64,000 nucleotides of DNA from Alphaproteobacteria bacterium (GTDB lineage: Bacteria; Pseudomonadota; Alphaproteobacteria; UBA7879; UBA5542): the NCBI GenBank assembly GCA_037146715.1, contig JBAWWO010000001.1, positions 6,433-70,432 on the forward strand, written 5' to 3'. Below the pieces are notes generated by a model. The model searched no databases. It saw only the letters and a program-made list of their open reading frames with translations, and had not been told where the DNA came from. Positions 1 through 8,990 of the stretch are shown here, piece after piece (position 1 is the first letter of the stretch; each line of letters starts with the position of its first letter). Both the position numbers and the translations under genes were made by a program.

Positions 1-99
1 GAGGAAAGTGCAATATTTACCGAATCTTTTTTCGCAGGGTCTGGATTTTTTGAAAAAATTGTGGCACTTTGAGATCCGTTCATAAGAAAAGGAGAAATC

Positions 100-702
100 A
101 TGAGTGTACTTGTTGGGAAGAAAGCCCCAAATTTCACGGCCTCTGCCGTTATGCCAAATAATTCAATTAACGAAAACTTTAACCTGGAAGCTCATTTAAA
201 GGGAAAAACAGGATTATTGTTTTTTTACCCTCTAGATTTTACTTTTGTTTGTCCTTCTGAAATTATTGCCTTTGACCACAGAGTGAAGGCGTTTAAAGAA
301 AAAAACGTTGAAGTTATTGCGGTAAGTGTGGATTCCCACTTTACCCATCTAGCGTGGAAGAACACATCTATTAACGATGGAGGCATTGGACCTGTTCAGT
401 TCCCTATGGTGGCCGACCTTACAAAAAGCATCGCTCGCGACTATGATGTGTTGATTAACGAGGCCATTGCTTTGCGGGGCACATTCTTGATTGACAAAAA
501 TTTCATGGTTCGTCACCAAGTTGTGAATGATCTGCCTCTGGGGCGCAACATAGACGAGGCTTTGCGCATGGTAGACGCTTTACACTATTTTGAAGAACAC
601 GGAGAAGTTTGCCCTGCCGGTTGGAATAAGGGTGCCAAAGGAATGAAACCAAGCACTGAAGGTGTGGCAGAGTATTTGTCTAAATTCTCTGACAGCCTGT
701 AG
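100..702 (+). CDS. ahpC: 2-Cys peroxiredoxin (AhpC/Tsa family)
   Basis: Peroxidatic Cys motif FTFVCPSE and resolving Cys in EVCPAGW near the C-terminus. GGAG RBS 6 nt upstream of the ATG. 200 aa is typical for the family. Confidence 0.9.
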   Translation: MSVLVGKKAPNFTASAVMPNNSINENFNLEAHLKGKTGLLFFYPLDFTFVCPSEIIAFDHRVKAFKEKNVEVIAVSVDSHFTHLAWKNTSINDGGIGPVQFPMVADLTKSIARDYDVLINEAIALRGTFLIDKNFMVRHQVVNDLPLGRNIDEALRMVDALHYFEEHGEVCPAGWNKGAKGMKPSTEGVAEYLSKFSDSL

Positions 703-716
703 TCTTATGCCATGGC

Positions 717-737
717 CCCTCGGGCCGAGCCCGAGGG
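717..737. repeat. GC-rich palindromic element, variant A (CCCTCGGGC-cga-GCCCGAGGG)
   Basis: Perfect 9-bp inverted arms with a 3-nt loop. A near-identical copy lies at 11106..11132. Confidence 0.6.
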
Positions 738-772
738 ATTCATTGGGAGGGAGCGTCCCTCTTTTATTGCCG

Positions 773-793
773 TCCTCGGGCTTGACCCGAGGA
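773..793. repeat. GC-rich palindromic element, variant B (TCCTCGGGCTTGACCCGAGGA)
   Basis: 21-nt palindrome that is identical at 19307..19327. Confidence 0.6.
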
Positions 794-829
794 TCTATTC
801 AGGAAGTCAAAAAAAAATTTCATTTTCTC

Positions 830-859
830 TTGACTTTTCCTGATGGGATTATCATAAAA
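830..859 (+). promoter_or_regulatory. putative sigma70-like promoter for rplU-rpmA
   Basis: TTGACT (830..835) followed by TATCAT/CATAAA about 14-18 nt downstream, about 30 nt upstream of the rplU RBS. Confidence 0.3.
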
Positions 860-886
860 GGTCATTAGTTATTAGTTAGGAATATT

Positions 887-1345
887 ATGTTTGCAATTAT
901 TAGAACCGGTGGAAAACAATATAAGGTCAAAAGTGGTGACCTGGTTTTCGTTGAAAAATTAGAGCACGCAACGGGCGATCACGTTGTGTTTGAAGACATC
1001 TTGATGATTGGAGATGAGACTAAAACAACAGTTGGTTCTCCAACTTTGGCTGGCGCGAAGGTGGGTGGCGTTGTTGTCAACCAGGACCGCGCAGATAAAG
1101 TTATCATCTTCAAAAAGACTCGCCGTCATACATACAAGCGGAAGAAGGGTCATCGCCAACACAGAACAATCGTTCGTATCATGGAAATTTCTTTGAGCGG
1201 CGTGTTGCATGGTGCAAAGCCTGCTGCGAATGAAAAAGTTTCAACAGCTAAGCCTGTGGCTGCAGCTGAACCCAAACAGAAGGCGGCCCCTAAGGCAGCC
1301 CCTAAGAAAGCTTCTGCTGCTAAAGCACAGAAGGCTTCTGAGTAG
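887..1345 (+). CDS. rplU: 50S ribosomal protein L21 with C-terminal Ala/Lys/Pro-rich extension
   Basis: N-terminus [14 protein letters not shown] is canonical L21. The extended AK-rich tail is typical of alphaproteobacteria. Followed by rpmA. Confidence 0.92.
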   Translation: MFAIIRTGGKQYKVKSGDLVFVEKLEHATGDHVVFEDILMIGDETKTTVGSPTLAGAKVGGVVVNQDRADKVIIFKKTRRHTYKRKKGHRQHRTIVRIMEISLSGVLHGAKPAANEKVSTAKPVAAAEPKQKAAPKAAPKKASAAKAQKASE

Positions 1346-1359
1346 GAAAGAGGTAAGAA

Positions 1360-1608
1360 ATGGCACAGAAAAAAGCAGGTGGTAGTTCCAGGAACGGTCG
1401 CGATTCAGCTGGTCGTCGTCTTGGTGTAAAAAAATTCGGTGGACAATCTGTTATTCCCGGTAACATTTTGGTTCGTCAACGGGGAACAAAAGTATTCCCT
1501 GGTCCAAACGTAGGCATAGGCAAAGACCATACTTTGTTTGCCCTAACTGAAGGACAAGTGCGCTTTTCCAAAAAAGGTGAAGGCAGAATGTTTGTAACCG
1601 TTATTTAG
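1360..1608 (+). CDS. rpmA: 50S ribosomal protein L27
   Basis: [29 protein letters not shown] is canonical L27. 82 aa. Confidence 0.95.
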   Translation: MAQKKAGGSSRNGRDSAGRRLGVKKFGGQSVIPGNILVRQRGTKVFPGPNVGIGKDHTLFALTEGQVRFSKKGEGRMFVTVI

Positions 1609-1615
1609 TTTCCCG

Positions 1616-1700
1616 GAGGAGAGGGAGCCCCCCTCTCTCCAATCATCCCGAGGGGCCGTAAGGCCGACGTGGGGGGCCAGCTTTCTTTTCTCTATATTGT
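1616..1700 (+). terminator. stem-loop cluster downstream of rpmA (probable intrinsic terminator)
   Basis: GGAGAGGGAG-CCCC-CCTCTCTCC hairpin, then a GGCCGTAAGGCC palindrome and G-rich stem followed by TTTCTTTTCTC. Contains a half-copy (TCCCGAGGGG) of the dispersed palindromic element. Confidence 0.45.
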
Positions 1701-1742
1701 CACAAAACATAACTATTCCATATCTGACTGCAGAATAGTTTT

Positions 1743-2493
1743 ATGAAGCGTGCGCAGAAAAATATAATTTTAAAAGACCTGGAAAAGAAAATTATTCTTT
1801 TGGTGGGCCCCAGACAAGCAGGAAAAACTTGGCTTGCCAAAGATGAGGTGGAAGCCAGCCGGTGGCGGTTGCAGTACATCAACAGTCTGCTCAGTACAGA
1901 TATTTTCGAAATTGATACCATTCATAATCTAAAAGGAATGAGACTTGTTTTTGATTTGCTGAGAGAGCGTGTTGGATCCCCCGTTTCCTATCAATCCTTG
2001 GCAGAAGATGTCTCTGTCTCCCCCCACCACTATCAAGCGATACCTGCAGATTCTGGAAGCCTTGTTTGTTATTTTTATCGTTCCTCCTTATTCGAAAAAT
2101 ATTGCCAGGGGGATACAGAAATCTCCTAAGATCTATTTTTTTGATACGGCCTTGGTGTCAGGGGAAGGGGTTCGCTTTGAGAATTTGGTAGCCATCAGCT
2201 TGCTTAAACATATTTACGGTTGCGTTGATGTAAAAGCTGAAGAATACACATTGAATTACCTGCGCACAAAAGAAGGCGCTGAAGTCGATTTCGCATTAGT
2301 CAAAAAAGATCAGGTTGAACAGATTATTGAAGCCAAAGTATCAGATGATACGGTTAGTAAATCTTTACGATATTTTCATGAAAAATATGAATATCCTGCT
2401 GTTCAGCTTGTTCAGTCTTTAAGACACGAACGGCAAGAACAGGGCATTGAAATTCTAAAAGCAGAAAAATTTCTGTCCCAGTTGTTTTTGTAG
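1743..2493 (+). pseudogene. truncated/frameshifted paralog of the DUF4143 AAA+ ATPase at 22114..23265
   Basis: ORF 1743..2129 carries Walker A LVGPRQAGKT matching LSGPRQAGKT of the intact gene. ORF 1969..2493 in another frame matches the C-terminal DUF4143 part (KIYFFD..ENLVA..LRTKEGAEVDF vs KLYFYD..ENLVA..LKTKDGVEIDF). The middle roughly 150 aa are missing and there is a frameshift near 2030. Confidence 0.7.
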
Positions 2494-2562
2494 GGGGACT
2501 ATTCTTTTTATAAGGGATTGGCTATAGTAATTCTCTAACCAAGCAGGAGCAAACTAAACAAC

Positions 2563-3060
2563 ATGAGCATGTCTGACCTAAAAGAAGCCTTTGAATTAAT
2601 CGCAAAAAATTTTCCAGAAGAAGAAACAGGATTTCTGGGACCGAAGCCTGATACTTTTATAGATGCGGCCGAAGAGCTGTTGGAGCTGAAATTTCCCAAA
2701 ACCTACCGGGAATTCATGAAAACCGTGGGGCATGGCGGGCCAGGGGATGCCTTCATTCCCGGCATTCACGCTAAATCTTTGGATCAGTTGGAATTAGGCG
2801 GCGTCGTATGGGGCGTTTTGAATGATAGGGATGTTTTTGACTTTCCCGATCACCTGATTAAGGTGTATCACGCGGATGACACAAGCTATTGTCTGGATAC
2901 TGCTCAAATGGACTCAGAAGAATGCCCCGTAATCCTGTGGCCCGTTGGAGGGTACCACGAAACCCCCGTACTGGAAATTGCAGCCAAAGACTTTGGCGAA
3001 TTCTTCTTGAAGAAGGTGCGGGAAGAGATTATTAGTTCAGACAAAATGGAAGCAGAGTGA
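2563..3060 (+). CDS. SMI1/KNR4 (SUKH-1) family protein, immunity-protein-like
   Basis: 165 aa with the SUKH-1 signature FP..Y.EFM....GGG and a C-terminal IA.DFGEFL motif. No signal peptide. Confidence 0.65.
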   Translation: MSMSDLKEAFELIAKNFPEEETGFLGPKPDTFIDAAEELLELKFPKTYREFMKTVGHGGPGDAFIPGIHAKSLDQLELGGVVWGVLNDRDVFDFPDHLIKVYHADDTSYCLDTAQMDSEECPVILWPVGGYHETPVLEIAAKDFGEFFLKKVREEIISSDKMEAE

Positions 3061-3063
3061 AAT

Positions 3064-3393
3064 ATGAAAAGATTAGAAACGTGGAAAGCGAGCATACGGT
3101 ACTTTTTAATAATTGTTCTTCTTTTTCCTTCAGCTTCTTTTGGAGCACAGGAAGAGTCAACGCAACGATATTATTCTAGATTTTTTGATAATGAGTATCA
3201 TGATACTACTGCTACAAATGAGCGTCTTCAATGGGAAAAAACTATATGGCAAGAGGCTATGTGGGCAGAAGCTATACCTGAGATTAAATTCATGCCCATT
3301 GATACTTCTTTGAGTGTCGCGGATTGGGTTAGTATAGGTGTGCTGGGATTTGTTGCAGCAGCTTTGTTATGCGCCCCCTTGCTTTTAAATTAG
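3064..3393 (+). CDS. hypothetical small protein with N-terminal signal/TM and C-terminal TM
   Basis: ORF starts 4 nt after the SUKH stop. N-terminus FLIIVLLFPSASFGA is signal-like. Its 3' end runs into the SUKH remnant, so the reading frame may be fortuitous. Confidence 0.3.
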   Translation: MKRLETWKASIRYFLIIVLLFPSASFGAQEESTQRYYSRFFDNEYHDTTATNERLQWEKTIWQEAMWAEAIPEIKFMPIDTSLSVADWVSIGVLGFVAAALLCAPLLLN

Positions 3394-3510
3394 CTGTTGG
3401 GGCTGCCACTCCCCCCGTGCTTGAAAGCATCTCCAAAGACTTTGGTGAGAAGGCGTGGGAAGAGATTATTCAGCACCCTTGCTCCTCCTCCAGGGGCCAG
3501 GTAATCTAGC
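3364..3510 (+). pseudogene. degenerate tandem remnant of the 3' end of the SUKH-1 gene
   Basis: DNA 3364..3480 aligns to 2920..3048 with indels. Conceptual translation VLESISKDFGEKAWEEIIQHP matches VLEIAAKDFGEFFLKKVREEIISSD of the intact gene. Confidence 0.55.
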
Positions 3511-3701
3511 TATTTCAGCGCATAGTCCTGATAGGGGCCGTTTCGCGTCCCATGGACTTATAGACTCGGGGACGCAATTCACCTTTTCTGGCAAAAATAA
3601 ATTTCTGCTATCTATTGTTTCTAGAATCTCTTCATGTTAGTAATCAATTATGTTGCGTGCGAGAGGTTTTCTGACAATGCTATCTAAAGTAAAGGTTCTA
3701 A

Positions 3702-5222
3702 ATGCCTGCCCATCAGAATAGAGAAGATTTTTCTAAAATTCGCTCTTGGATGTTTCCAATATATAGCCATGAATTGATAAAACTGATCCCTATGGGTCTT
3801 TTGATGATTTTGATCAGTTTCAACTTCTGGATTCTACACATTTCAAAAGATACGCTTGTTATTACGGCTAAGCATTCGGGGGCTGAGGTTATTAGCTTCT
3901 TGAAGTTGCCTGTTTTCTTGTTCTCTATTCTGTTTATTATGGGTTTTACTTGGGCGTCAAATCTCTTTAAACAGCGCGCTATTTTTTACGGCATTATTAC
4001 TTTCTTTATTGTTTTTTTCTTGGTCTTCAAATTCGTTCTTTACCCTTATCAGGATAGTTTGAATATGTTCACGTCGGAAGAGCTTTTTTCTTTAAAAGCG
4101 CGATACCCCTCTCTTAGGTGGCTGTTCCCTGTTCTGTGTTACTGGGGTTATAGCCTGTTTTATATTATTTCTGAGCTTTGGGGGGCTGTTGTTCTAAGTC
4201 TATTATTCTGGCAGTTTTCTAACCAGATCACAACGGTTGAGCAATCTAGGCGCTTTTACATGTTATTTGGTATGTTCAACGGCCTTGGGACGATTCTTTT
4301 GGGGGTATTTGTGTATTATTACCAACCCGGTGCGGGGCTTGCGGGCGCCTATGCTATGAAGCTAGATCATCTGATTTTGATTTTTAGTTTTGTTTCCCTG
4401 CTGATTATGGGTATTTACTTTTGGGTAAATAAATATGCTGTCAAAGATAAAATGCATTATCACCCAGACAAGGGTACGCCTGACGCGCAGCATGAAATCA
4501 AACTCTCTTTCGTTGAAAGCTTTCGCTACATTTTAACGTCAAAATATGTGGGGTATATCGCCATTATTTCAATTGCCTATAATATTTCCATTAACTTTGT
4601 TGAAGTCACTTGGAAAAGTCAGATTGAAAAAATGTATCCAGATCCTTCCCAGATGGAATCATATTTTTCTTTGATCACCATTTATATCGGTATTTTGACC
4701 TGTGCCATTGGCTTTTTTGGGGCTGGATTTATTCGTCGATTTAGTTGGAAGACAAGCGCTTTGGTGACGCCTGTTGCTATGCTTGTGGCGGGCAGTTTGT
4801 TTTACTGGGTTACCTTAAAGGGTGAAAGTCTTTACTGGCTGACTCAGCTGATATGTATGTCTCCTGTGGCGTTTTCCGTATGGATTGGGCAGATTCATAA
4901 CCTGACTAGCCGAAGCTGTAAGTATAGCTTTTTTGCGGCAACCCGAGAAATGGCTTTCATCCCCTTAGATGCGGAATTAAAGGTTAAAGGTAAAGCAGCG
5001 GTTGATGTGTTAAGTGGCCGTGTGGGTAAATTTGGGGCGTCCCTGATTCAATCTGTTCTACTTTCTTTGTCAGCCCTTAGCACTCAAACAACGATTGCCC
5101 CTTTTTTGATGGTAGCCTCCCTTTTGGTTATTGTGGTGTGGATGTGGTCTATTAATCGCCTGAACAAAGAATTCTTGAATGTGGCCTATGGCAGCACGAC
5201 GGCAGAGCAATTAAAAAAATGA
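3702..5222 (+). CDS. tlc: ATP/ADP translocase (nucleotide transport protein, NTT/Tlc family)
   Basis: 506 aa polytopic membrane protein. The N-terminus resembles Rickettsia Tlc (W-P-I...HE..K..P...MM..I..N...L...KD..V.T) and the protein is rich in F/Y/W TM segments. Confidence 0.85.
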   Translation: MPAHQNREDFSKIRSWMFPIYSHELIKLIPMGLLMILISFNFWILHISKDTLVITAKHSGAEVISFLKLPVFLFSILFIMGFTWASNLFKQRAIFYGIITFFIVFFLVFKFVLYPYQDSLNMFTSEELFSLKARYPSLRWLFPVLCYWGYSLFYIISELWGAVVLSLLFWQFSNQITTVEQSRRFYMLFGMFNGLGTILLGVFVYYYQPGAGLAGAYAMKLDHLILIFSFVSLLIMGIYFWVNKYAVKDKMHYHPDKGTPDAQHEIKLSFVESFRYILTSKYVGYIAIISIAYNISINFVEVTWKSQIEKMYPDPSQMESYFSLITIYIGILTCAIGFFGAGFIRRFSWKTSALVTPVAMLVAGSLFYWVTLKGESLYWLTQLICMSPVAFSVWIGQIHNLTSRSCKYSFFAATREMAFIPLDAELKVKGKAAVDVLSGRVGKFGASLIQSVLLSLSALSTQTTIAPFLMVASLLVIVVWMWSINRLNKEFLNVAYGSTTAEQLKK

Positions 5223-5659
5223 TAAAAAAAATAGTTGTAGGGACTGATCATGCAGGCTTTCTTCTAAAGCAGCAGCTTGTCCAATGGCTGCATCAGCATG
5301 ACGTAGAAGTGATTGATGTGGGTACGTGTTCTGAAGATTCCGTTGATTATCCCGAGTATACCAAAAAAGTTGTGGAAGCTATGCGCAAAGGCGCTGTTGG
5401 TACGGGGCTTTTGATTTGTGGATCTGGTATTGGGATGAGTATTGGGGCCAATAGATTTAAAGGCATACGGGCAGCCCTATGTTGGAACAAAAAATCCGCC
5501 TATTGTGCGCGCCGCCATAATGATGCCAATATTCTTGTCTTGGGGGCACGCTTGCTAAGCTTTTCCAAGGCGTTGACTTGCTTAAGCACGTTCATCACGA
5601 CCTCTTTTCAAGGTGAAGAGCGACATCTTCGCCGTATTAAGGAACTTGATAATCTATAA
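5219..5659 (+). CDS. rpiB: ribose-5-phosphate isomerase B
   Basis: MIKKIVVGTDHAGF... is the RpiB/LacAB signature. ATGA overlap with the tlc stop. The conserved rpiB-glyA adjacency is present. Confidence 0.85.
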   Translation: MIKKIVVGTDHAGFLLKQQLVQWLHQHDVEVIDVGTCSEDSVDYPEYTKKVVEAMRKGAVGTGLLICGSGIGMSIGANRFKGIRAALCWNKKSAYCARRHNDANILVLGARLLSFSKALTCLSTFITTSFQGEERHLRRIKELDNL

Positions 5660-5674
5660 AACTAAGGTGGAATC

Positions 5675-6937
5675 ATGAAAGATTTTTTTTGTGCTGGCTT
5701 AGAAGCGCAGGACCAGGAAATTTTTAAAGCAATTGAAGCCGAGCGCCATCGCCAGCAGGTACATGTAGAGCTGATTGCATCAGAAAACATTGTGTCCAAA
5801 GCTGTGCTGGAAGCCCAAGGTTCAATTTTAACTAACAAGTATGCAGAAGGGTATCCGGGTCGGCGTTATTACGGAGGATGTCAGTTTGTGGATGTAGCAG
5901 AAAATCTGGCGATTGAGCGGGCTAAAAAGTTATTTCACTGTGAATTTGCTAATGTGCAGCCCCATTCAGGGGCCCAAGCGAATTTGGCGGCGTTTCTGGC
6001 CCTTCTAACACCAGGTGACACTTTTCTGGGGATGTCTTTGAATGCAGGGGGGCACTTGACTCATGGGTCGCCCGTCACTATTTCAGGAAAATGGTTTAAT
6101 CCCGTTTCTTATGGAGTAACAGCTGAGGGGTGGATTGACTATGATGAGGTTGAGCGCGTTGCCCTTGAACATAAGCCAAAGCTTATTTTGGCGGGGGGGT
6201 CAGCTTACTCCCGTATTATAGATTTCAAGAAATTCAGAGAAATTGCCGATAGAGTCGGGGCCTATTTGATGGTTGACATGGCCCACTATTCAGGACTTAT
6301 AGCAGGCGGCGTGTACCCAAGTCCTTTGCCGCACGCTCATGTGGTGACCAGCACAACCCATAAAACTCTTCGGGGGCCGCGGGGTGGATTGATTCTAAGC
6401 AATGATTTAGAGGTTGGAAAAAAAGTTAATTCGGCCGTATTTCCTGGTTCTCAAGGGGGGCCCTTAATGCATGTGATTGCGGCGAAGGCTGTAGCTTTTG
6501 GAGAAGCTTTGCGTCCTGAATTTAAACACTATGCTCACCAGGTTGTGAAGAACACACAAGTGTTGGCGGAAACCTTGAAAAACCGTGGATTTGGTTTGGT
6601 TTCTGGCGGAACGGACTGTCACCTTGTTTTGATTGATTTGCGGTCAAAACATATTACGGGTTTTGATGCTGAGGCAACCCTCGACAAGGCAGCGATTACT
6701 TGTAACAAAAACGGTATTCCTTTTGACCCACAATCGCCGAAAATTACATCGGGTATTCGGGTGGGGGCGGCAGCGGTCACAACTCGCGGTTTTGGGGAAA
6801 AGGATTGTGAACAGGTTGGCCACTGGATTGCTGATGTTGTGGAAAGCTTTGTGCAGACTAAGGGGGCCAATGAAGCCATGGAAAAACAGGTGGCTGAAAA
6901 GGTCAAAAACCTGTGCGCTAAACATCCTATTTATTAA
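5675..6937 (+). CDS. glyA: serine hydroxymethyltransferase
   Basis: [34 protein letters not shown] motifs. 420 aa. Confidence 0.97.
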   Translation: MKDFFCAGLEAQDQEIFKAIEAERHRQQVHVELIASENIVSKAVLEAQGSILTNKYAEGYPGRRYYGGCQFVDVAENLAIERAKKLFHCEFANVQPHSGAQANLAAFLALLTPGDTFLGMSLNAGGHLTHGSPVTISGKWFNPVSYGVTAEGWIDYDEVERVALEHKPKLILAGGSAYSRIIDFKKFREIADRVGAYLMVDMAHYSGLIAGGVYPSPLPHAHVVTSTTHKTLRGPRGGLILSNDLEVGKKVNSAVFPGSQGGPLMHVIAAKAVAFGEALRPEFKHYAHQVVKNTQVLAETLKNRGFGLVSGGTDCHLVLIDLRSKHITGFDAEATLDKAAITCNKNGIPFDPQSPKITSGIRVGAAAVTTRGFGEKDCEQVGHWIADVVESFVQTKGANEAMEKQVAEKVKNLCAKHPIY

Positions 6938-6946
6938 GGGTTTGTC

Positions 6947-7387
6947 ATGAAGTGTCCTTTTTGCGATTGTATGGAAACTCAAGTCAAGGACTCCCGCCAT
7001 TCGGATGATAATTTAACCATTCGCCGGCGGCGCTTTTGCCCCGAATGTACATCTCGCTTTACAACTTATGAACGATTACAATTGTCTGAAATTATCGTCA
7101 TTAAGAAAAAAGGAACCCGCATGCCTTTTGACCGGGATAAAATGGCCCGGTCAATTTATACGGCCCTGCGCAAACGACCCTTTGATGCGGAACGGATTGA
7201 GAAATTAATCAATGGCATTGTTCGAAGGCTGGAATTATTGGGAGAATCGGAAGTATCTTCCCAAGTAATTGGTGGAATGGTTATTGACTCTTTGAAAGAT
7301 TTAGATACGGTGGCCTATGTACGTTTTGCATCCGTCTATAAAGATTTTAAGGATGCAGACGATTTTAAAAACTTTTTGAGTGAATAG
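6947..7387 (+). CDS. nrdR: transcriptional repressor NrdR
   Basis: MKCPFC...VKDSR...RRR.C..C..RFTTYE zinc-ribbon plus ATP-cone. 146 aa. Confidence 0.95.
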   Translation: MKCPFCDCMETQVKDSRHSDDNLTIRRRRFCPECTSRFTTYERLQLSEIIVIKKKGTRMPFDRDKMARSIYTALRKRPFDAERIEKLINGIVRRLELLGESEVSSQVIGGMVIDSLKDLDTVAYVRFASVYKDFKDADDFKNFLSE

Positions 7388-7390
7388 GTT

Positions 7391-7849
7391 ATGGATAAAA
7401 AAAACATCTCGTTAGGGTATAGAAAAAAATCTGCTGCGCGGTTAGCTGCTGTACAGACTTTGTATGATATGGAAATTTCAAAGATTTCTGCCAAAGAAGC
7501 CTTACAAAACTGCCAATACTATAAGGGCAAAAATTTGGAAGACGAAGCAGCTGTTGGGTCTGACACTGCGCTGCTGACTAAGCTGGTTGAGGGAGTGACG
7601 GACAATCAAGAGATGATCGATACCCTGATTTCATCCTGTTTAACCGCTGACTGGAAAATTGGGCGTTTAGATAAAGTATTGTTAAGTATTTTGCGGGCAG
7701 GCATTGGGGAGCTTTATTTGTTTCCCGAAGTTAAACAACAAATTATTCTATCAGAGTATGTTGAGGTCAGCCGTGCTTTTTATGATGAAAAAGAACCGGG
7801 TTTGGTGAATGCCATTCTACAAAAGGCAGCGGATCAGCTGCGGCCTTAG
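7391..7849 (+). CDS. nusB: transcription antitermination factor NusB
   Basis: RSAARLAAVQTLYDME resembles the NusB N-terminus. Placed downstream of nrdR as in alphaproteobacteria, but without the intervening rib genes. Confidence 0.8.
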   Translation: MDKKNISLGYRKKSAARLAAVQTLYDMEISKISAKEALQNCQYYKGKNLEDEAAVGSDTALLTKLVEGVTDNQEMIDTLISSCLTADWKIGRLDKVLLSILRAGIGELYLFPEVKQQIILSEYVEVSRAFYDEKEPGLVNAILQKAADQLRP

Positions 7850-7855
7850 AAAAAG

Positions 7856-8905
7856 GTGTCTGTCGATATGATAGAAAAATTACCTCTTTCAGAACACGCA
7901 ATCATTGATTGTATTAAGATCAATTATGGGATTGAAGTTGCGATACTTACGCTCCTTCCTTTGGGAGCGGATATGGATGCGCTAGTATATAAAGCACAAA
8001 CTCATCACCAGTCCTCTTATTTCATAAAGTTAAAGCGTGGAAATCACCATGATAATAGGGCGCTGATAGGCGAGTTGTTGCGTAATGTGGGCATTCAACA
8101 AATCATTCCCATCGTTCAAACAATCCGGGGTGAAACAACTCAGCTCATTGACGGGTTTTCTCTGACTATATCTCCGTTTATTGAGGGACAGGATGGCTTT
8201 AGTCGTAATCTAACGGACGATCAATGGGTTACGCTCGGCCAAGTGATGCGTCAAATTCATGCAATTAATGTGCCGGCGGCAATTCAGGCTAAAATTCGGC
8301 GAGAATCTTATTTGCCCAAGTGGCGTCAAGCCCTGCGCGCGCTCTGCCCGCTTATGGAATCTGAGCCGCGTGGTGACATAATTGCAGCTGACCTTCTGAC
8401 ATTTATGAAGAAAAATAGGGCCGTTATTCATCGACTGGTTGATCGCGCCGAAGAATTGGCACAGATGGCTCAAAGTCAATCTTCTGAATTCGTGTTGTGT
8501 CATTCTGATCTTCATGGGGGTAATATATTAATAGATAAAAATCACAACCTTCATATAGTCGATTGGGATGATCCTATCATGGCCCCTAAAGAGCGGGACT
8601 TGATGTTTATTGGGGGAGGCGTTGCTAATATTTGGAATCAACTGCGCGAGAAAGAGTTGTTTTATAAGGGCTATGGAAAAGTTGAAGTTAATAAGGGCTA
8701 TGGAAAAGTTGAAGTTAATAAGGTGCTTTTGGTCTATTACCGTCATGAACGAATCGTAGAAGATATAGCGATCTACGGTCAGAGGTTGCTTCTAACAACG
8801 GAAGGTGGACAGGATCGACGTAACTGGTACAAAGAATTCGTAGCCCAGTTTGATCCGGAAGGTGTGGTAGAAATAGCCTTTAAAACAGATGAAGAACTGA
8901 CTTAG
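7856..8905 (+). CDS. aminoglycoside/choline-kinase-like phosphotransferase (APH family)
   Basis: Brenner motif HSDLHGGNILID and IVDWDD are classic APH/ChoK catalytic motifs. The start may be ATG 7868 rather than GTG 7856. Confidence 0.7.
   Translation: MSVDMIEKLPLSEHAIIDCIKINYGIEVAILTLLPLGADMDALVYKAQTHHQSSYFIKLKRGNHHDNRALIGELLRNVGIQQIIPIVQTIRGETTQLIDGFSLTISPFIEGQDGFSRNLTDDQWVTLGQVMRQIHAINVPAAIQAKIRRESYLPKWRQALRALCPLMESEPRGDIIAADLLTFMKKNRAVIHRLVDRAEELAQMAQSQSSEFVLCHSDLHGGNILIDKNHNLHIVDWDDPIMAPKERDLMFIGGGVANIWNQLREKELFYKGYGKVEVNKGYGKVEVNKVLLVYYRHERIVEDIAIYGQRLLLTTEGGQDRRNWYKEFVAQFDPEGVVEIAFKTDEELT
8666..8719 (+). repeat. perfect 2 x 27-bp tandem duplication inside the APH-like CDS
   Basis: aagggctatggaaaagttgaagttaat repeated exactly, giving KGYGKVEVN twice in frame. 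Confidence 0.9.
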
Positions 8906-8990
8906 ATACAGGATTCGGTAAAAATCAGTTGTTCATCAAAGCAAAATTAGTTATAGAATAGAGAATTGTATAAAAACGAGGTACTAAAAA

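Noticed and set aside
662-868. 68-aa ORF overlapping the ahpC 3' end and the palindromic repeats
   Set aside because: The frame is opened by the GC-rich palindromic elements. It overlaps ahpC, has no RBS, and its composition is driven by the CCTCGGG repeats.
3455-3640. 61-aa ORF within the SUKH remnant region
   Set aside because: It is an out-of-frame reading of the degenerate SUKH 3' duplicate. The homologous frame is interrupted and there is no RBS.
6619-7000. Several ORFs (6619..6906 minus, 6633..6950 plus, 6644..7000 minus) overlapping the glyA 3' end
   Set aside because: glyA is unambiguous in this region and these are alternative-frame shadows of a GC-richer coding stretch.
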